In this document: positions 1-9,088 of the stretch, piece after piece
How positions within the stretch are numbered: the stretch's first letter is position 1
Layout: each line of letters opens with the position of its first letter
Assembly: GCA_903844845.1 (NCBI GenBank)
Contig: CAIMVG010000008.1
Span: forward strand, 85,664 to 149,663
Length of the DNA: 64,000 bases
Direction of reading: 5' to 3'
Source: an uncultured Dehalococcoidia bacterium
Lineage (GTDB): Bacteria; Chloroflexota; Dehalococcoidia; Dehalococcoidales; UBA1222
Notes under the pieces: generated by a model
What the model was told of the DNA's origin: nothing
The model's input: only the letters and a program-made list of their open reading frames with translations
The model's database searches: none
Made by a program: the position numbers and the translations under genes

Positions 1-108
1 GCCGAATAACAATAGGCTGAAATGCGATTTCAGTTCAAAGTTTAAACAACCATTGACTGCGGCTTTTAGGCCGCCTATATTATTTATCGGAACATCTGGG
101 AACGATGC

Positions 109-747
109 ATGGAAACTTTGCTGGGCTTAATATCGATGACCGCGGAGTCGATGGCCGCCCGGGCCGTCGATGACCCCGCCTGCATCCCCGCGATACTTGA
201 CGGGCTGTCTTCACCCACCAGCCTCAAGCTTCGGTGCGCCAAGGCCCTCAACCTGATTTCGGCCAGCCGGCCTGAACTTTTATATCCCCGTTTCGATTTC
301 TTCGCAGGCCTGCTCTCCAGCCCCCATCGCATCCTTAAATGGAATGCCATCTTCATACTGGCCAACCTGGCGGTGACAGACCCCGGGCACAAGTTCACTG
401 CAATTTTCAGAACGTATTACAGCCACCTGGCGGACGGGGACCTCATCACCGCCGCGAACATCGCCGCCGCGTCGGGAAAGATTGCGGCCGCGAGGCCGGA
501 CCTCAGGAAGGCCGTCACCCAGGAACTGCTGAAAGTCGACGCCATCCCCCTGCCGACCGACGAATGCAGGGAGATCGCGCGCGGCAAGGCGCTCGAAGCC
601 TTTATGTGTTATCCGGCTGAACTGCGTAGCAGCCGGCCTCTGCGTGGATTCATCGAACGCTGCCTCGCAAGCAGGCGGCCCGCCACACGTAAGAAAGCCG
701 AAAAGGCGCTGAAGAAACTGGACTCCTCGCGACCGGCGCGGTCTTGA
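109..747 (+). CDS. hypothetical alpha-helical (HEAT/ARM-like) repeat protein
   Basis: 212-aa ORF with Leu/Ala-rich helical repeats. No catalytic motif recognised. No clear SD, so the start is uncertain. Confidence 0.45.
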   Translation: METLLGLISMTAESMAARAVDDPACIPAILDGLSSPTSLKLRCAKALNLISASRPELLYPRFDFFAGLLSSPHRILKWNAIFILANLAVTDPGHKFTAIFRTYYSHLADGDLITAANIAAASGKIAAARPDLRKAVTQELLKVDAIPLPTDECREIARGKALEAFMCYPAELRSSRPLRGFIERCLASRRPATRKKAEKALKKLDSSRPARS

Positions 748-1593
748 CTACCAGAGATTTGCGGCGGCGGGAACGGACCTCCTGTCGAGCAGGCTGATGG
801 CCTGTTTCTCGCACCTGGCCCTGCATATCCCGCACCCATAGCAGCGGGCCGCGTCAACCCGCGTTTTTTTCATCCCCGCGCTGTATTCGAGCGCCCCGAA
901 CTGGCAGGACTGCATACACCGGCGGCAGCCGTTGCAGGCGGCGTTATCCACTACCGCGACATACTCGGAGCGGAACATCAGGGGGAAATTGGAGCCCACC
1001 GTCGCCCGCATGGCCAGGCAGTCCGTGCGGTCGCAGTTGCAGATGGCGCCGATGAAGGGGGTCACGAAGGTCCAGACGGTGTGGATAAGCCCCTCCGATT
1101 CATGTTCCCGGAAACTCGCCATCGCCTGCGAAGGGGTGAGGAGTTCAAGCCCCGAAGTGTCGGGGCCGGTCAGGTAGGAAACGTCCACATCCCTGATTAT
1201 CTGTGCCATCTTGCCGCCGTTCGGCGCGGCGCTCAGGCAGTAGCAGTAACGCTGTTCGGTGGAAGTCGTGCTGTGCCGGCAGTAGCAGGCGATGCGCACG
1301 ATGGAGGGAAGGGATTCGAATATCTCCCCGCATTCCTCGATGGGAACGACCTGCCCGAAATGCGACTTCTGTACCCTGCTCGTCAAAACAGGGTTCAGGA
1401 CTGCCTGGACGAAGGCAGGCAATGCGGCAACCGTCTTCAGCTTTTCAACCGCGGCGGCTTTGTGTTCGGGATAAAGCAGGAAATCGCGCACGTAAGCCTG
1501 CCGCTTGAGGTCGCTCATCAGGTCTTCTGAATAATTCTTGGCGTTCAGGTACCATTTTTTACCTTCGCCGTGCTGGTGGCAAAATTCACACAA
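748..1593 (-). CDS. 4Fe-4S dicluster domain-containing protein
   Basis: C-terminal CNGCRRCMQSC and CYGCGICRARC ferredoxin-type cluster motifs. N-terminal CEFCH and further Cys-rich core. Confidence 0.7.
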   Translation of the reverse strand: MCEFCHQHGEGKKWYLNAKNYSEDLMSDLKRQAYVRDFLLYPEHKAAAVEKLKTVAALPAFVQAVLNPVLTSRVQKSHFGQVVPIEECGEIFESLPSIVRIACYCRHSTTSTEQRYCYCLSAAPNGGKMAQIIRDVDVSYLTGPDTSGLELLTPSQAMASFREHESEGLIHTVWTFVTPFIGAICNCDRTDCLAMRATVGSNFPLMFRSEYVAVVDNAACNGCRRCMQSCQFGALEYSAGMKKTRVDAARCYGCGICRARCEKQAISLLDRRSVPAAANLW

Positions 1594-1635
1594 GGGTCTC
1601 TCCTGTGCCGTGCGATTTCCGGAAAGGCTGCAGGT

Positions 1636-2406
1636 TTATGCCATGCGGTTGTACCTGCGGAACGCGAGGGACATGAACAGGGCTATCAACCCGAAATCCC
1701 ACGCCAGTATCTTCCAGAGCGATGAGGCGACGGAGCCGCCGAGCAGCAATACGCGCGTGACATCCGCCATCGAGGTCACGGGATTGATCTTGGCGAAAGC
1801 CTGGAGCCACCCCGGCATCGTGGCGATGGGCACGTAAAGGGAACTGGCGAAAACCAGCGGGAAAACCCAAACAAACCCCGCCACCTGCGCGGTCTCGACA
1901 TCCTTGACTGAGATCCCGATGAAAACCCCGACCCAGGTCAGAGCCACGCCGAACAGGACTATCAGCGCCAGGCCGGCGATTATGGATAAGAACCCGTTAT
2001 CGAACCTGAACCCCATGACAAGGCCGACGATGACGAGCAAAATAAGCAGGAAAACATAACGCACCGCATCGGAAAGCACCCGGCCCGTGAGAAAAGCCGG
2101 CCTCGCCATCGGCAGGGAGCGGAACCGGTCCACAAAGCCTTTGGTGAGGTCTTCTGCTATGCCGACGCTGGTCTGGGTCGAACCGAAGACCACGATTTGA
2201 GCCAGAAAACCCGGCAGGAAATACTGGATATATGAAACCCCGCCCGTTTTGATGGCCCCGCCGAAAACATAATTGAACAGGAGCAGTAAAACCACGTTCA
2301 GCGTCGCGTTGAATATCAGCAGCTGGGGAAGCCTGAAATATTTGATGAGGTTCCGCCTCGTCAGTACAGCGATATCTGAAATAAGATGGGAGAATGATGT
2401 CATCAT
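1636..2406 (-). CDS. ABC-2 type transporter permease (DrrB-like)
   Basis: 256 aa, about 6 TM segments. Lies 4 nt downstream of the ABC ATPase gene on the same strand. Confidence 0.8.
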   Translation of the reverse strand: MMTSFSHLISDIAVLTRRNLIKYFRLPQLLIFNATLNVVLLLLFNYVFGGAIKTGGVSYIQYFLPGFLAQIVVFGSTQTSVGIAEDLTKGFVDRFRSLPMARPAFLTGRVLSDAVRYVFLLILLVIVGLVMGFRFDNGFLSIIAGLALIVLFGVALTWVGVFIGISVKDVETAQVAGFVWVFPLVFASSLYVPIATMPGWLQAFAKINPVTSMADVTRVLLLGGSVASSLWKILAWDFGLIALFMSLAFRRYNRMA

Positions 2407-2410
2407 GGTT

Positions 2411-3427
2411 TTACCTCACTTCCCCCGCAATTTTCGAACCGGCTGCCGGGCTAACTTCGGCGGTGTGCCCGGTTATGGCCAGAAAGACGTCGTCCAGCGT
2501 CGGCTGCTTGAGGGACAGGTCAGCCAGGACGATGCCCGCGGAATCCATGCGCCGCACCACCTCCGATAAAAGGCCGGAGCCCCCGTCGGCAGGCAGGCTG
2601 ACGGTCCCGGTTTCGCTTGAACTTAAAATCTTGCCGGGAGCGAGGCTATTCAACGCATCTGCCGCCGCCTGCGTGTTAACGCGATCATAAAGAGTCAGGC
2701 TGATGCGGGATTCCCCCCCGCAGCATTTCTTGAGTTCACCGGGGGTCCCTTCCCTGATGATTTTTCCTTCGTCTATGATGGCAATCTTGTGGGCAAGCCT
2801 GTCGGCTTCTTCGAGGTATTGCGTAGTAAGAAATACAGTGTTGCAGTCTTTGGCCTGGCTGGCGATGACTTCCCAAAGGGCGAGGCGGCTGCGCGGGTCG
2901 AGCCCGGTGGTAGGCTCGTCAAGAAAAAGTATGAGCGGCTTCGCGATGAGAGTGGCCGCCAGGTCAAGCCTCCTCCGCATCCCGCCTGAATAGAATTTCG
3001 CCCGGGTAGACGCTGCGTCCACAAGGTCGAATTGTTCTAATAGTTCCGATGCCCTTGCCCGGGATTTTTTACCGCCCAGGTGATAGAGCTGGCCGATTAT
3101 CTCGAGGTTCTCACGGCCGGTAAGGGTGTCGTCCACCGCCGGATACTGGCCGGCCAGGCCGATCACAGAGCGCACCTTCTGGGCCATGCCGACGACGTCG
3201 AACCCGCCGACCTGCGCGGTGCCCGAATCAGCTTTCAGAAGGGTGGTCAAAATGCGGACAAGCGTCGTTTTGCCGGAGCCGTTAGGGCCGAGCAGGGCGA
3301 ACACCGAGTTGGGTTCGACAACCAGGTTGATGCCGTCCAGCGCCTGTACTTTGCCGAAGCGCTTGCTGATGCCTTCTATGCGGACCGAATCTTCTTTGCA
3401 TTTCTCCCGGATATCTTCAGGATTCAA
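2411..3427 (-). CDS. ABC transporter ATP-binding protein (DrrA/daunorubicin-resistance-like)
   Basis: Walker A GPNGSGKTT, signature YSGGMRRRL, Walker B LILFLDEPTTGLD. Confidence 0.9.
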   Translation of the reverse strand: MNPEDIREKCKEDSVRIEGISKRFGKVQALDGINLVVEPNSVFALLGPNGSGKTTLVRILTTLLKADSGTAQVGGFDVVGMAQKVRSVIGLAGQYPAVDDTLTGRENLEIIGQLYHLGGKKSRARASELLEQFDLVDAASTRAKFYSGGMRRRLDLAATLIAKPLILFLDEPTTGLDPRSRLALWEVIASQAKDCNTVFLTTQYLEEADRLAHKIAIIDEGKIIREGTPGELKKCCGGESRISLTLYDRVNTQAAADALNSLAPGKILSSSETGTVSLPADGGSGLLSEVVRRMDSAGIVLADLSLKQPTLDDVFLAITGHTAEVSPAAGSKIAGEVR

Positions 3428-3666
3428 GGCAGCACCTCCCGAAATGTATAAGTTTGATTATATCTGATTACGATATGCGCTTGCCAATACGGCTGCGGAT
3501 GACGGCGGGGTTTGCGATAAATTTGAATTTTGTCAAAATAGCCCGCGTCCCAAGACGCCATCCTTTCCGGCAATAGCCAAAATGCCAGGGCCCCCATGCA
3601 GTTTGGATTTAGTGACAAATGTCACTTTCAGGCAATCAAACAGGAGTATAATTCCATACAGGCGGC

Positions 3667-4176
3667 ATGAAAAAGAACATCCCGAATAGAGGCGACAAAC
3701 AGGTGCTTATAAAACGGATCTTGCCGGTTTTGGCTGCCATGCTTTTCTTATCCCTGCCCGCAGGCTGCGCGGAGGGGCAAAGCAGTGCGGCCTCCCGGGT
3801 TATAGGGCTTACCGCTCCTCCGATGACCAGCGACGGCGGAGGGGTACAACACCAGATAATCATCCAGGGGGCGTCATTCACACCGCTGGTGGTTGATGTT
3901 AAAACCGGGGATACGGTAACCTGGGTCAACCGGGATACAACGCCTCACACCGTAACGTCGATACGCTATTTCCAGGACGAAGACGACATCAGCCATGTCT
4001 ACATCGGGGAAAACTTCGACAGCGGCTATATCGCGCCAGGTGATTCCTACACACGCGCTTTTTCGGATACCGGCAATTTCTGGTACTTCTCGCTGCCGCT
4101 GCACAATGCCTTGCCGATACCGCAATACCTGCAACTTGTCCAGGAAATCGCTGTCGGTTCGGTGGTGGTAAATTGA
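3667..4176 (+). CDS. cupredoxin-fold lipoprotein lacking the type-1 Cu cysteine
   Basis: Lipobox LSLPAGC. GDTVTWVNRDTTPHTVTS resembles the plastocyanin/amicyanin N-terminal His region. The C-terminal ligand loop reads WYFSLPLHNALP, so there is no Cys. Confidence 0.65.
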   Translation: MKKNIPNRGDKQVLIKRILPVLAAMLFLSLPAGCAEGQSSAASRVIGLTAPPMTSDGGGVQHQIIIQGASFTPLVVDVKTGDTVTWVNRDTTPHTVTSIRYFQDEDDISHVYIGENFDSGYIAPGDSYTRAFSDTGNFWYFSLPLHNALPIPQYLQLVQEIAVGSVVVN

Positions 4177-4208
4177 AAGGGCTTTTAACAAACACTGGGT
4201 TGGGAAAA

Positions 4209-4670
4209 ATGAGCCAGCCGACGAAGTGGTTCCCGGGGCTCATCGGACGAAGCTGTTTTTGCATAATGCTAATTGCGGTCATGGGCGCCTGCAGCAATGC
4301 CCGGGAAAGCACCATCACGGCCACGACCGCGGCAACTCAATCCGTATTAAAGCCCTCCGGTCAGATCGTTTCGATAGGACAGTCGAGTTTCTCACCGCAG
4401 CAGGTCCAGGTGAAGATAGGGGAGAGTGTCACCTGGGTTAACGAGGACACCTCCAAGCATACCGTCACGTCCTGGCACGAATATTGGGACCAGGATAATG
4501 TGGCGCGGGTAGACATAGGGGACTTATGGGACAGCGGCACCCTTGTTCCCGGGCAGTCGTATTCCCATATTTTCACCGAGGCGGGCACGTTTGAATATGT
4601 CAGCCTTCCGCTGCTTCTGTATTTCCAGTATCAGCAGAACCCCAAGGGAGTGGTCGTGGTAAGCGGGTGA
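4209..4670 (+). CDS. cupredoxin-fold lipoprotein paralogue lacking Cu ligands
   Basis: Lipobox AVMGAC. GESVTWVNEDTSKHTVTS. Ligand loop FEYVSLPLLLYFQ has no Cys, His or Met. The ORF-track start is 4173 (TTG); ATG 4209 is preferred. Confidence 0.6.
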   Translation: MSQPTKWFPGLIGRSCFCIMLIAVMGACSNARESTITATTAATQSVLKPSGQIVSIGQSSFSPQQVQVKIGESVTWVNEDTSKHTVTSWHEYWDQDNVARVDIGDLWDSGTLVPGQSYSHIFTEAGTFEYVSLPLLLYFQYQQNPKGVVVVSG

Positions 4671-4759
4671 TAAACGCTTCTGAGGCGGCCAGGTTGATCC
4701 CCCGGGGACCCTTTTTAATAAAGTCCCCCTGCAAGTAAACCTGGCGTTCATAAGCTTTC

Positions 4760-4999
4760 TCAAGTCAACCGATAAACCTGCGGCCCCGAATCATCGCCGC
4801 ATTCCGCCAGTCCCACCGCCACAAGGCGGTCCAGAGCATCCTGGACCTTCCGAAAATTTGCACCCCCGAATATATGCACGAAAACCGCTTGATCGAACCG
4901 TGTGTGCGGATGCCGGGACATGAAATCCAGGATTTCGAGACACATATGATCGAGATCGGTTTCTTCGCCCGTCGCTCTGGAAATCTCCGTGCACTGCAT
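4760..4999 (-). CDS. small hypothetical protein (79 aa)
   Basis: ORF preceded by AAAGGGG about 7 nt upstream of the ATG. No recognisable motif. Confidence 0.4.
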   Translation of the reverse strand: MQCTEISRATGEETDLDHMCLEILDFMSRHPHTRFDQAVFVHIFGGANFRKVQDALDRLVAVGLAECGDDSGPQVYRLT

Positions 5000-5298
5000 G
5001 TTCTGCCCCTTTCAACCATAAATCCCCGGATTTTCGGCGGTGATCTGAAGGTTTGTTATCATCATAAATATAAACCGTTTTACGGATGTTTGTGATATCC
5101 CGGGGTACCGAATAAAGGACAATTCCAATCACGTGAAATGAGATGAAAAATGCGGGCATTATCCGCGCGGATAACCACGTGAGCCATTGCGCCAAATACA
5201 GGGCAAGAGACCGCCCCGTTCCCGTAAAAGGGCGAACGTAGTATCATGGATATTGGACAGGGTACCGATTAAAGCCGTGCAACTGCGAGGAAAGCATC

Positions 5299-6495
5299 AT
5301 GAAATACGATTTCGCCAAAGTGTGCGACCGGACTAGGACGGATTGCGTCAAATGGGACGCGGCCCCCGCCATCTTCGGCCGCAAAGATGTAATACCGATG
5401 TGGGTGGCCGATATGGATTTCCCGGTGGCCCCGCCGATAGTCGAGGCGCTTAAAAAACGCATCGGGCATGAGTTTTACGGTTACACCCTGCCAGGGGGTG
5501 CCGTCATCGATTCTGTGGTCGAGCGCATGAAGCGGAAATTCAACTGGAAGATTGAACGGGACTGGGTAGTTCTCACTCCCGGTGTCGTGCCCGCCCTGCA
5601 TGCAGCCGTTAAAGCGCTGACCCACCCGGGAGACGAGATCATCCTGCAGGAGCCGGTATATTTCCCCTTCTTCTCGGCAGTGACCTCTAACGGGTGCCGC
5701 ATATCCAACAATGAACTCAAGTTCATCGACGGGCGTTACGAAATGGACTATGCCGGCCTCGAAAACAAATTCCGTGAACAGCCCGGCCCGCTCCCCGCCC
5801 CCAACAGGGTCAAAGGCATCATTTTCTGCAACCCCCACAACCCGATAGGGCGGGTTTGGAATAAGGAAGAGGTCACGAGGATGGGTGAGATAGTCATCCG
5901 CCACGGCGGGACCGTCATTTCCGACGAGATCCACTGCGAGATACTTTTCAAAGGCAATACCCATACCCCTTTCGGCGCTATCTCCGAAGAATTCGAGCAA
6001 AACTGCATCGTATGCATGGCGCCGAGCAAGACGTTCAACCTGGCGGGGCTGGAAGCGTCTTCTATCATCATCCCGAATAAAAAACTGCGCGACGGATTCG
6101 CCGCGGCCAGGATGGGCATCCTTCCGGAACCGAACCTGTTCGGCCTGACTGCCATGGAGGCGGCTTACCGGCTGGGCGACGAGTGGCTGGAACAACTGCT
6201 GGATTATCTCCAGGTCAACCTGGACTTCGCCATCGCATATTTCGAAACCAGGATACCCAAAATAAAGCCCGTCAGGCCGGAGGGCACCTATCTCGTTTGG
6301 CTCGACTGCCGGGCGCTGGGCATGGACGATACAGGACTGAGGAGTTTCATGCGCGAAAAAGCGAGCGTGGGGTTGGACGACGGTTTCCTGTTCGGCGCAG
6401 CGGGCGCCGGCTTCCAACGGATGAACATAGCCTGCCCCGGGAGCATCCTCAAAGATGCCCTGGGCAGGATTGAAAAAGCGGTGAATTCGCTGTAG
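5299..6495 (+). CDS. patB: PLP-dependent C-S lyase / cystathionine beta-lyase (MalY/PatB family aminotransferase class I/II)
   Basis: N-terminus MKYDFAKVCDRTRTDCVKWD is typical of PatB/MalY. PLP-Lys motif APSKTFNLAG. SD GAGGAAAG. Confidence 0.85.
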   Translation: MKYDFAKVCDRTRTDCVKWDAAPAIFGRKDVIPMWVADMDFPVAPPIVEALKKRIGHEFYGYTLPGGAVIDSVVERMKRKFNWKIERDWVVLTPGVVPALHAAVKALTHPGDEIILQEPVYFPFFSAVTSNGCRISNNELKFIDGRYEMDYAGLENKFREQPGPLPAPNRVKGIIFCNPHNPIGRVWNKEEVTRMGEIVIRHGGTVISDEIHCEILFKGNTHTPFGAISEEFEQNCIVCMAPSKTFNLAGLEASSIIIPNKKLRDGFAAARMGILPEPNLFGLTAMEAAYRLGDEWLEQLLDYLQVNLDFAIAYFETRIPKIKPVRPEGTYLVWLDCRALGMDDTGLRSFMREKASVGLDDGFLFGAAGAGFQRMNIACPGSILKDALGRIEKAVNSL

Positions 6496-6534
6496 TTTTC
6501 GGTGAAATAAGCGCCGGACGATGGAGGAAGAAAT

Positions 6535-7152
6535 ATGGCGGCAATCGTAATAACCGTATACTCGGATTTTGTCTGACCGTTCTGCTATATCGCCGAGCGA
6601 TCCAGCCTGGTCAGGCTGGCAAACGATTTTGACGTCAAGATTGAATGGAAGGGCTTCGAACTGCACCCCGAAACGCCTGTCGGCGGCGTGCTCATCGAGG
6701 ACATCTTCCCCGGGTACCGGGATGGGGGCAGGCTGGAATACATGCGTGATTTTGCCGCCAGCTTCGGCATCCAGGGCATGGCTTCGCCCGAGAGGCTGCC
6801 GAATACGCGCCGCATACTCGCTATGGCCGAGTATGCCCGCGAGACGGGCAAGCTGGACACTTTCCGCATACTTGCGATGAACGCACGCTGGGAAAACGGC
6901 AGCGACCTCGAAGATAAAAAGGTCCTCGAAACACTGGCCGCCGCTTCCGGACTCGACCAGCAGAAAGCTTTGGCAGCCAGCGGGTCGCCTGATTACCTGT
7001 CGCGCATAGATGCCATACGGGCTGAAGCCGGGAGGCTGGGGATAGACGGCATACCGACCTTCATCATCGGAAAACAGATGGTGGTGGGGTGCCAATCTTA
7101 TGAAATCCTGGCTGATGCCGTGATCAAGGCCGGGGGGTTGCGGCGGAGTTAA
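6535..7152 (+). CDS. DsbA/FrnE-like thiol:disulfide oxidoreductase with in-frame TGA (candidate selenocysteine) in the redox motif
   Basis: ATG 6535 with GGAGGA SD at 6523-6528. Translation is MAAIVITVYSDFV-TGA(6574-6576)-PFCYIAERS... and stays open and in frame into ORF 6688..7152. C-terminal GIPTFIIG is typical of the DsbA fold. Confidence 0.65.
6602..6619 (+). promoter_or_regulatory. SECIS-like hairpin downstream of the in-frame TGA
   Basis: CCAGCC-UGGUCA-GGCUGG: 6-bp GC-rich stem, loop contains GGUC. The stem starts 25 nt after the UGA. Confidence 0.4.
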
Positions 7153-7182
7153 CCCCAAAGCAGAGTATCTTGGGAGGCCGTT

Positions 7183-7824
7183 ATGAGAATTCAATGGTTC
7201 GGGCAATCTGCTTTCCTGCTGGTTTCGGATTCGGGCCTGCGGGTCATCACGGACCCGTATGACCCAATAATCGGCTACGGAGATATAGCCGAGGCCGCCG
7301 ACGCCGTCACCGTCAGCCACGAGCACCGGGACCACAATTACGTCAAGGGAGTTAAAGGCAACCCGGTTGTAATGAAAGGGGCGGGTACCCATAAAACGAA
7401 TGGCATCGAATTCCGGGGGATAGCCACCGCACATGACCAAAACCATGGGAAAGAAAGAGGGAACAACACGGTCTTCTGTTTCGCCGTCGACGGCATCAGG
7501 ATCTGCCACCTGGGGGACCTGGGGCATACCCTGGACAAAGCGGAGGTCGGAGCGATTGGGCGGGTCGACCTGCTGCTGGCGCCTGTGGGCGGGTTTTATA
7601 CCATCGACCATTCCGAAGCAACCGAAATAACGGCGGCATTGGCACCGCGCATCGTTATCCCTATGCATTACAGAACGGAAAAGAGCGGGCAAAACCTCGC
7701 CCCGGTGGACGATTTCCTGACAGGGAAGAAGAACATTATCAGAACCCGCGAGCCATGGTTTGAGATAACGCCGGATGTTTTACAGCGAACCGTTCAAATC
7801 GTTGTATTGCCGCATACGAAATAG
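7183..7824 (+). CDS. MBL-fold metal-dependent hydrolase (UPF0173-like)
   Basis: MRIQWFGQSAF N-terminus. HEHRDH (HxHxDH) motif. Confidence 0.8.
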   Translation: MRIQWFGQSAFLLVSDSGLRVITDPYDPIIGYGDIAEAADAVTVSHEHRDHNYVKGVKGNPVVMKGAGTHKTNGIEFRGIATAHDQNHGKERGNNTVFCFAVDGIRICHLGDLGHTLDKAEVGAIGRVDLLLAPVGGFYTIDHSEATEITAALAPRIVIPMHYRTEKSGQNLAPVDDFLTGKKNIIRTREPWFEITPDVLQRTVQIVVLPHTK

Positions 7825-7831
7825 CCGGAAG

Positions 7832-8440
7832 CTATTTAGTCGGCCGCTTGTCGGCTTGCGGCTTTTTAGCCCGCTTTGGAAGATAATCGGGTATCTTGGC
7901 TTTAGTGTCTGTGATTTTCAGATATGAGAAATGCCCGAAAGCCAATCTAGATGTGATTTTGATATCGATGGCACCCAGCCCCGTCAGGCCGGATATGGCG
8001 ACATGGGGGACCTCCCCGGTAGCCAGAGTGAAATGTATCGGGATGGTTTCATCCGAGAGGGGCTTAAGCCACGCAGCTTTGGTGTGGACGATGTTTTCAC
8101 AGGCCTTGCCGCCGATGCTCACCTCGTGATCGATATCGGGAAGATAAAGCGGAAAGAGGCTCCGGTTGCGGCAGATAATCTCGCCGTCCAGGCGCACGCC
8201 GTTTACGAAACCCCCGGCGGCCGAAACAAGATTGCCCCGGATGGCGTTCCATATAGACCCCAGGATAGAGGTCGGGGTCGCTTTGAAATCGGGCGCGACG
8301 CTGACGGACCTAAAGGTTATGACGAGCCTGGAATAAGCGTAGACAGCCAGGGCGCATATCACAATGGCAAGCAGGGTGAGGCCCCCCAGGCCAGCCAGAA
8401 ACCAGACAATAACCTCTTGAAGGACCACCATAATGTCCAA
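7832..8440 (-). CDS. membrane-anchored LEA_2/NDR1-like protein (tentative)
   Basis: N-terminal TM helix followed by a beta-rich domain. The family call rests on recalled resemblance only. Confidence 0.45.
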   Translation of the reverse strand: MDIMVVLQEVIVWFLAGLGGLTLLAIVICALAVYAYSRLVITFRSVSVAPDFKATPTSILGSIWNAIRGNLVSAAGGFVNGVRLDGEIICRNRSLFPLYLPDIDHEVSIGGKACENIVHTKAAWLKPLSDETIPIHFTLATGEVPHVAISGLTGLGAIDIKITSRLAFGHFSYLKITDTKAKIPDYLPKRAKKPQADKRPTK

Positions 8441-8459
8441 ATGATAACATACTAGTCTG

Positions 8460-8490
8460 TTGACAACCTGGAAACGTCAGGTGTATATTA
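8460..8490 (+). promoter_or_regulatory. sigma70-type promoter of higBA
   Basis: TTGACA (8460-8465), 18-nt spacer, TATATT (8484-8489). Located 20 nt upstream of the GTG start. Confidence 0.5.
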
Positions 8491-8508
8491 CAGCCTTAGG
8501 GTGTATAG

Positions 8509-8805
8509 GTGGAATTAGAGTTCTCTTCGAATCGCCTGGATAAAGCAAGCACCAGCTTCTCAGAAGCTAACCGGCTTTTTGGCGTCGCCATTGGCCGGAA
8601 GTATATCCAACGACTTGGCTTGTTGAGGGCAACCGAAAAGTTTAGCCAACTGTACGGGTTTCAGGCCCTAAAATTGCATCATTTGAAAGGGAACCGCGAA
8701 GGACAATTCGCGATATCCCTGACCGGAAACTATCGGCTTATTATTGAGAAAATTCAAGAAGACAAAGTCCTGATTTTGGATTTGGAGGATTATCATGGTG
8801 ACTAA
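8509..8805 (+). CDS. higB: type II toxin HigB (plasmid maintenance system killer family)
   Basis: LKGNREGQFAISLTGNYRLIIE...LDLEDYH matches the HigB-like signature. GTG start. Overlaps the downstream HTH antitoxin gene. Confidence 0.75.
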   Translation: MELEFSSNRLDKASTSFSEANRLFGVAIGRKYIQRLGLLRATEKFSQLYGFQALKLHHLKGNREGQFAISLTGNYRLIIEKIQEDKVLILDLEDYHGD

Positions 8806-9082
8806 AACTGCAGCCTATCCCGACATAGCAATCCCCCCGGGTGAGTACCTTGCAGAGGAGATCAAGGCCCGAAGCCTATCTCAGAAGGAATTGGCCAAAC
8901 GCATGGGAAGGCCCACAAACGCCATAAATGAAATCATCAACGGGAAGAAATCCATCACTGCTGAGACCGCCTTGCAGCTTGAAGAAGCAATGCCGGAGAT
9001 ACCTGCCCGCTTCTGGTTAAACCTGGAAACTGATTACCAGCTTACTAAAATGCTGATAAGCAGGCATTCTAACCGGGGATAA
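8795..9082 (+). CDS. higA: type II antitoxin HigA (XRE-family HTH)
   Basis: PGEYLAEEIKARSLSQKELAKRMGRPTNAINEIINGKKSITAETA, a HigA-type HTH. Confidence 0.85.
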   Translation: MVTKTAAYPDIAIPPGEYLAEEIKARSLSQKELAKRMGRPTNAINEIINGKKSITAETALQLEEAMPEIPARFWLNLETDYQLTKMLISRHSNRG

Positions 9083-9088
9083 GAATCG

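Noticed and set aside
5000-5298. The leader of the patB-like C-S lyase, checked for a SAM or T-box element. Two CACGTGA motifs and a TCCGCGCGGA palindrome were noted.
   Set aside because: No S-box, SAM-II or T-box conserved core could be identified. The motifs are too short to interpret.
5269-7692. An 807-aa uninterrupted ORF on the minus strand spanning 2.4 kb.
   Set aside because: It runs antisense to three independently well-supported plus-strand genes (patB, the DsbA-like gene, the MBL hydrolase) and crosses their intergenic spacers. Its translation is Arg/Pro/Gly/Asp/His-rich with no motif. This is the typical open antisense frame of GC-rich coding DNA.
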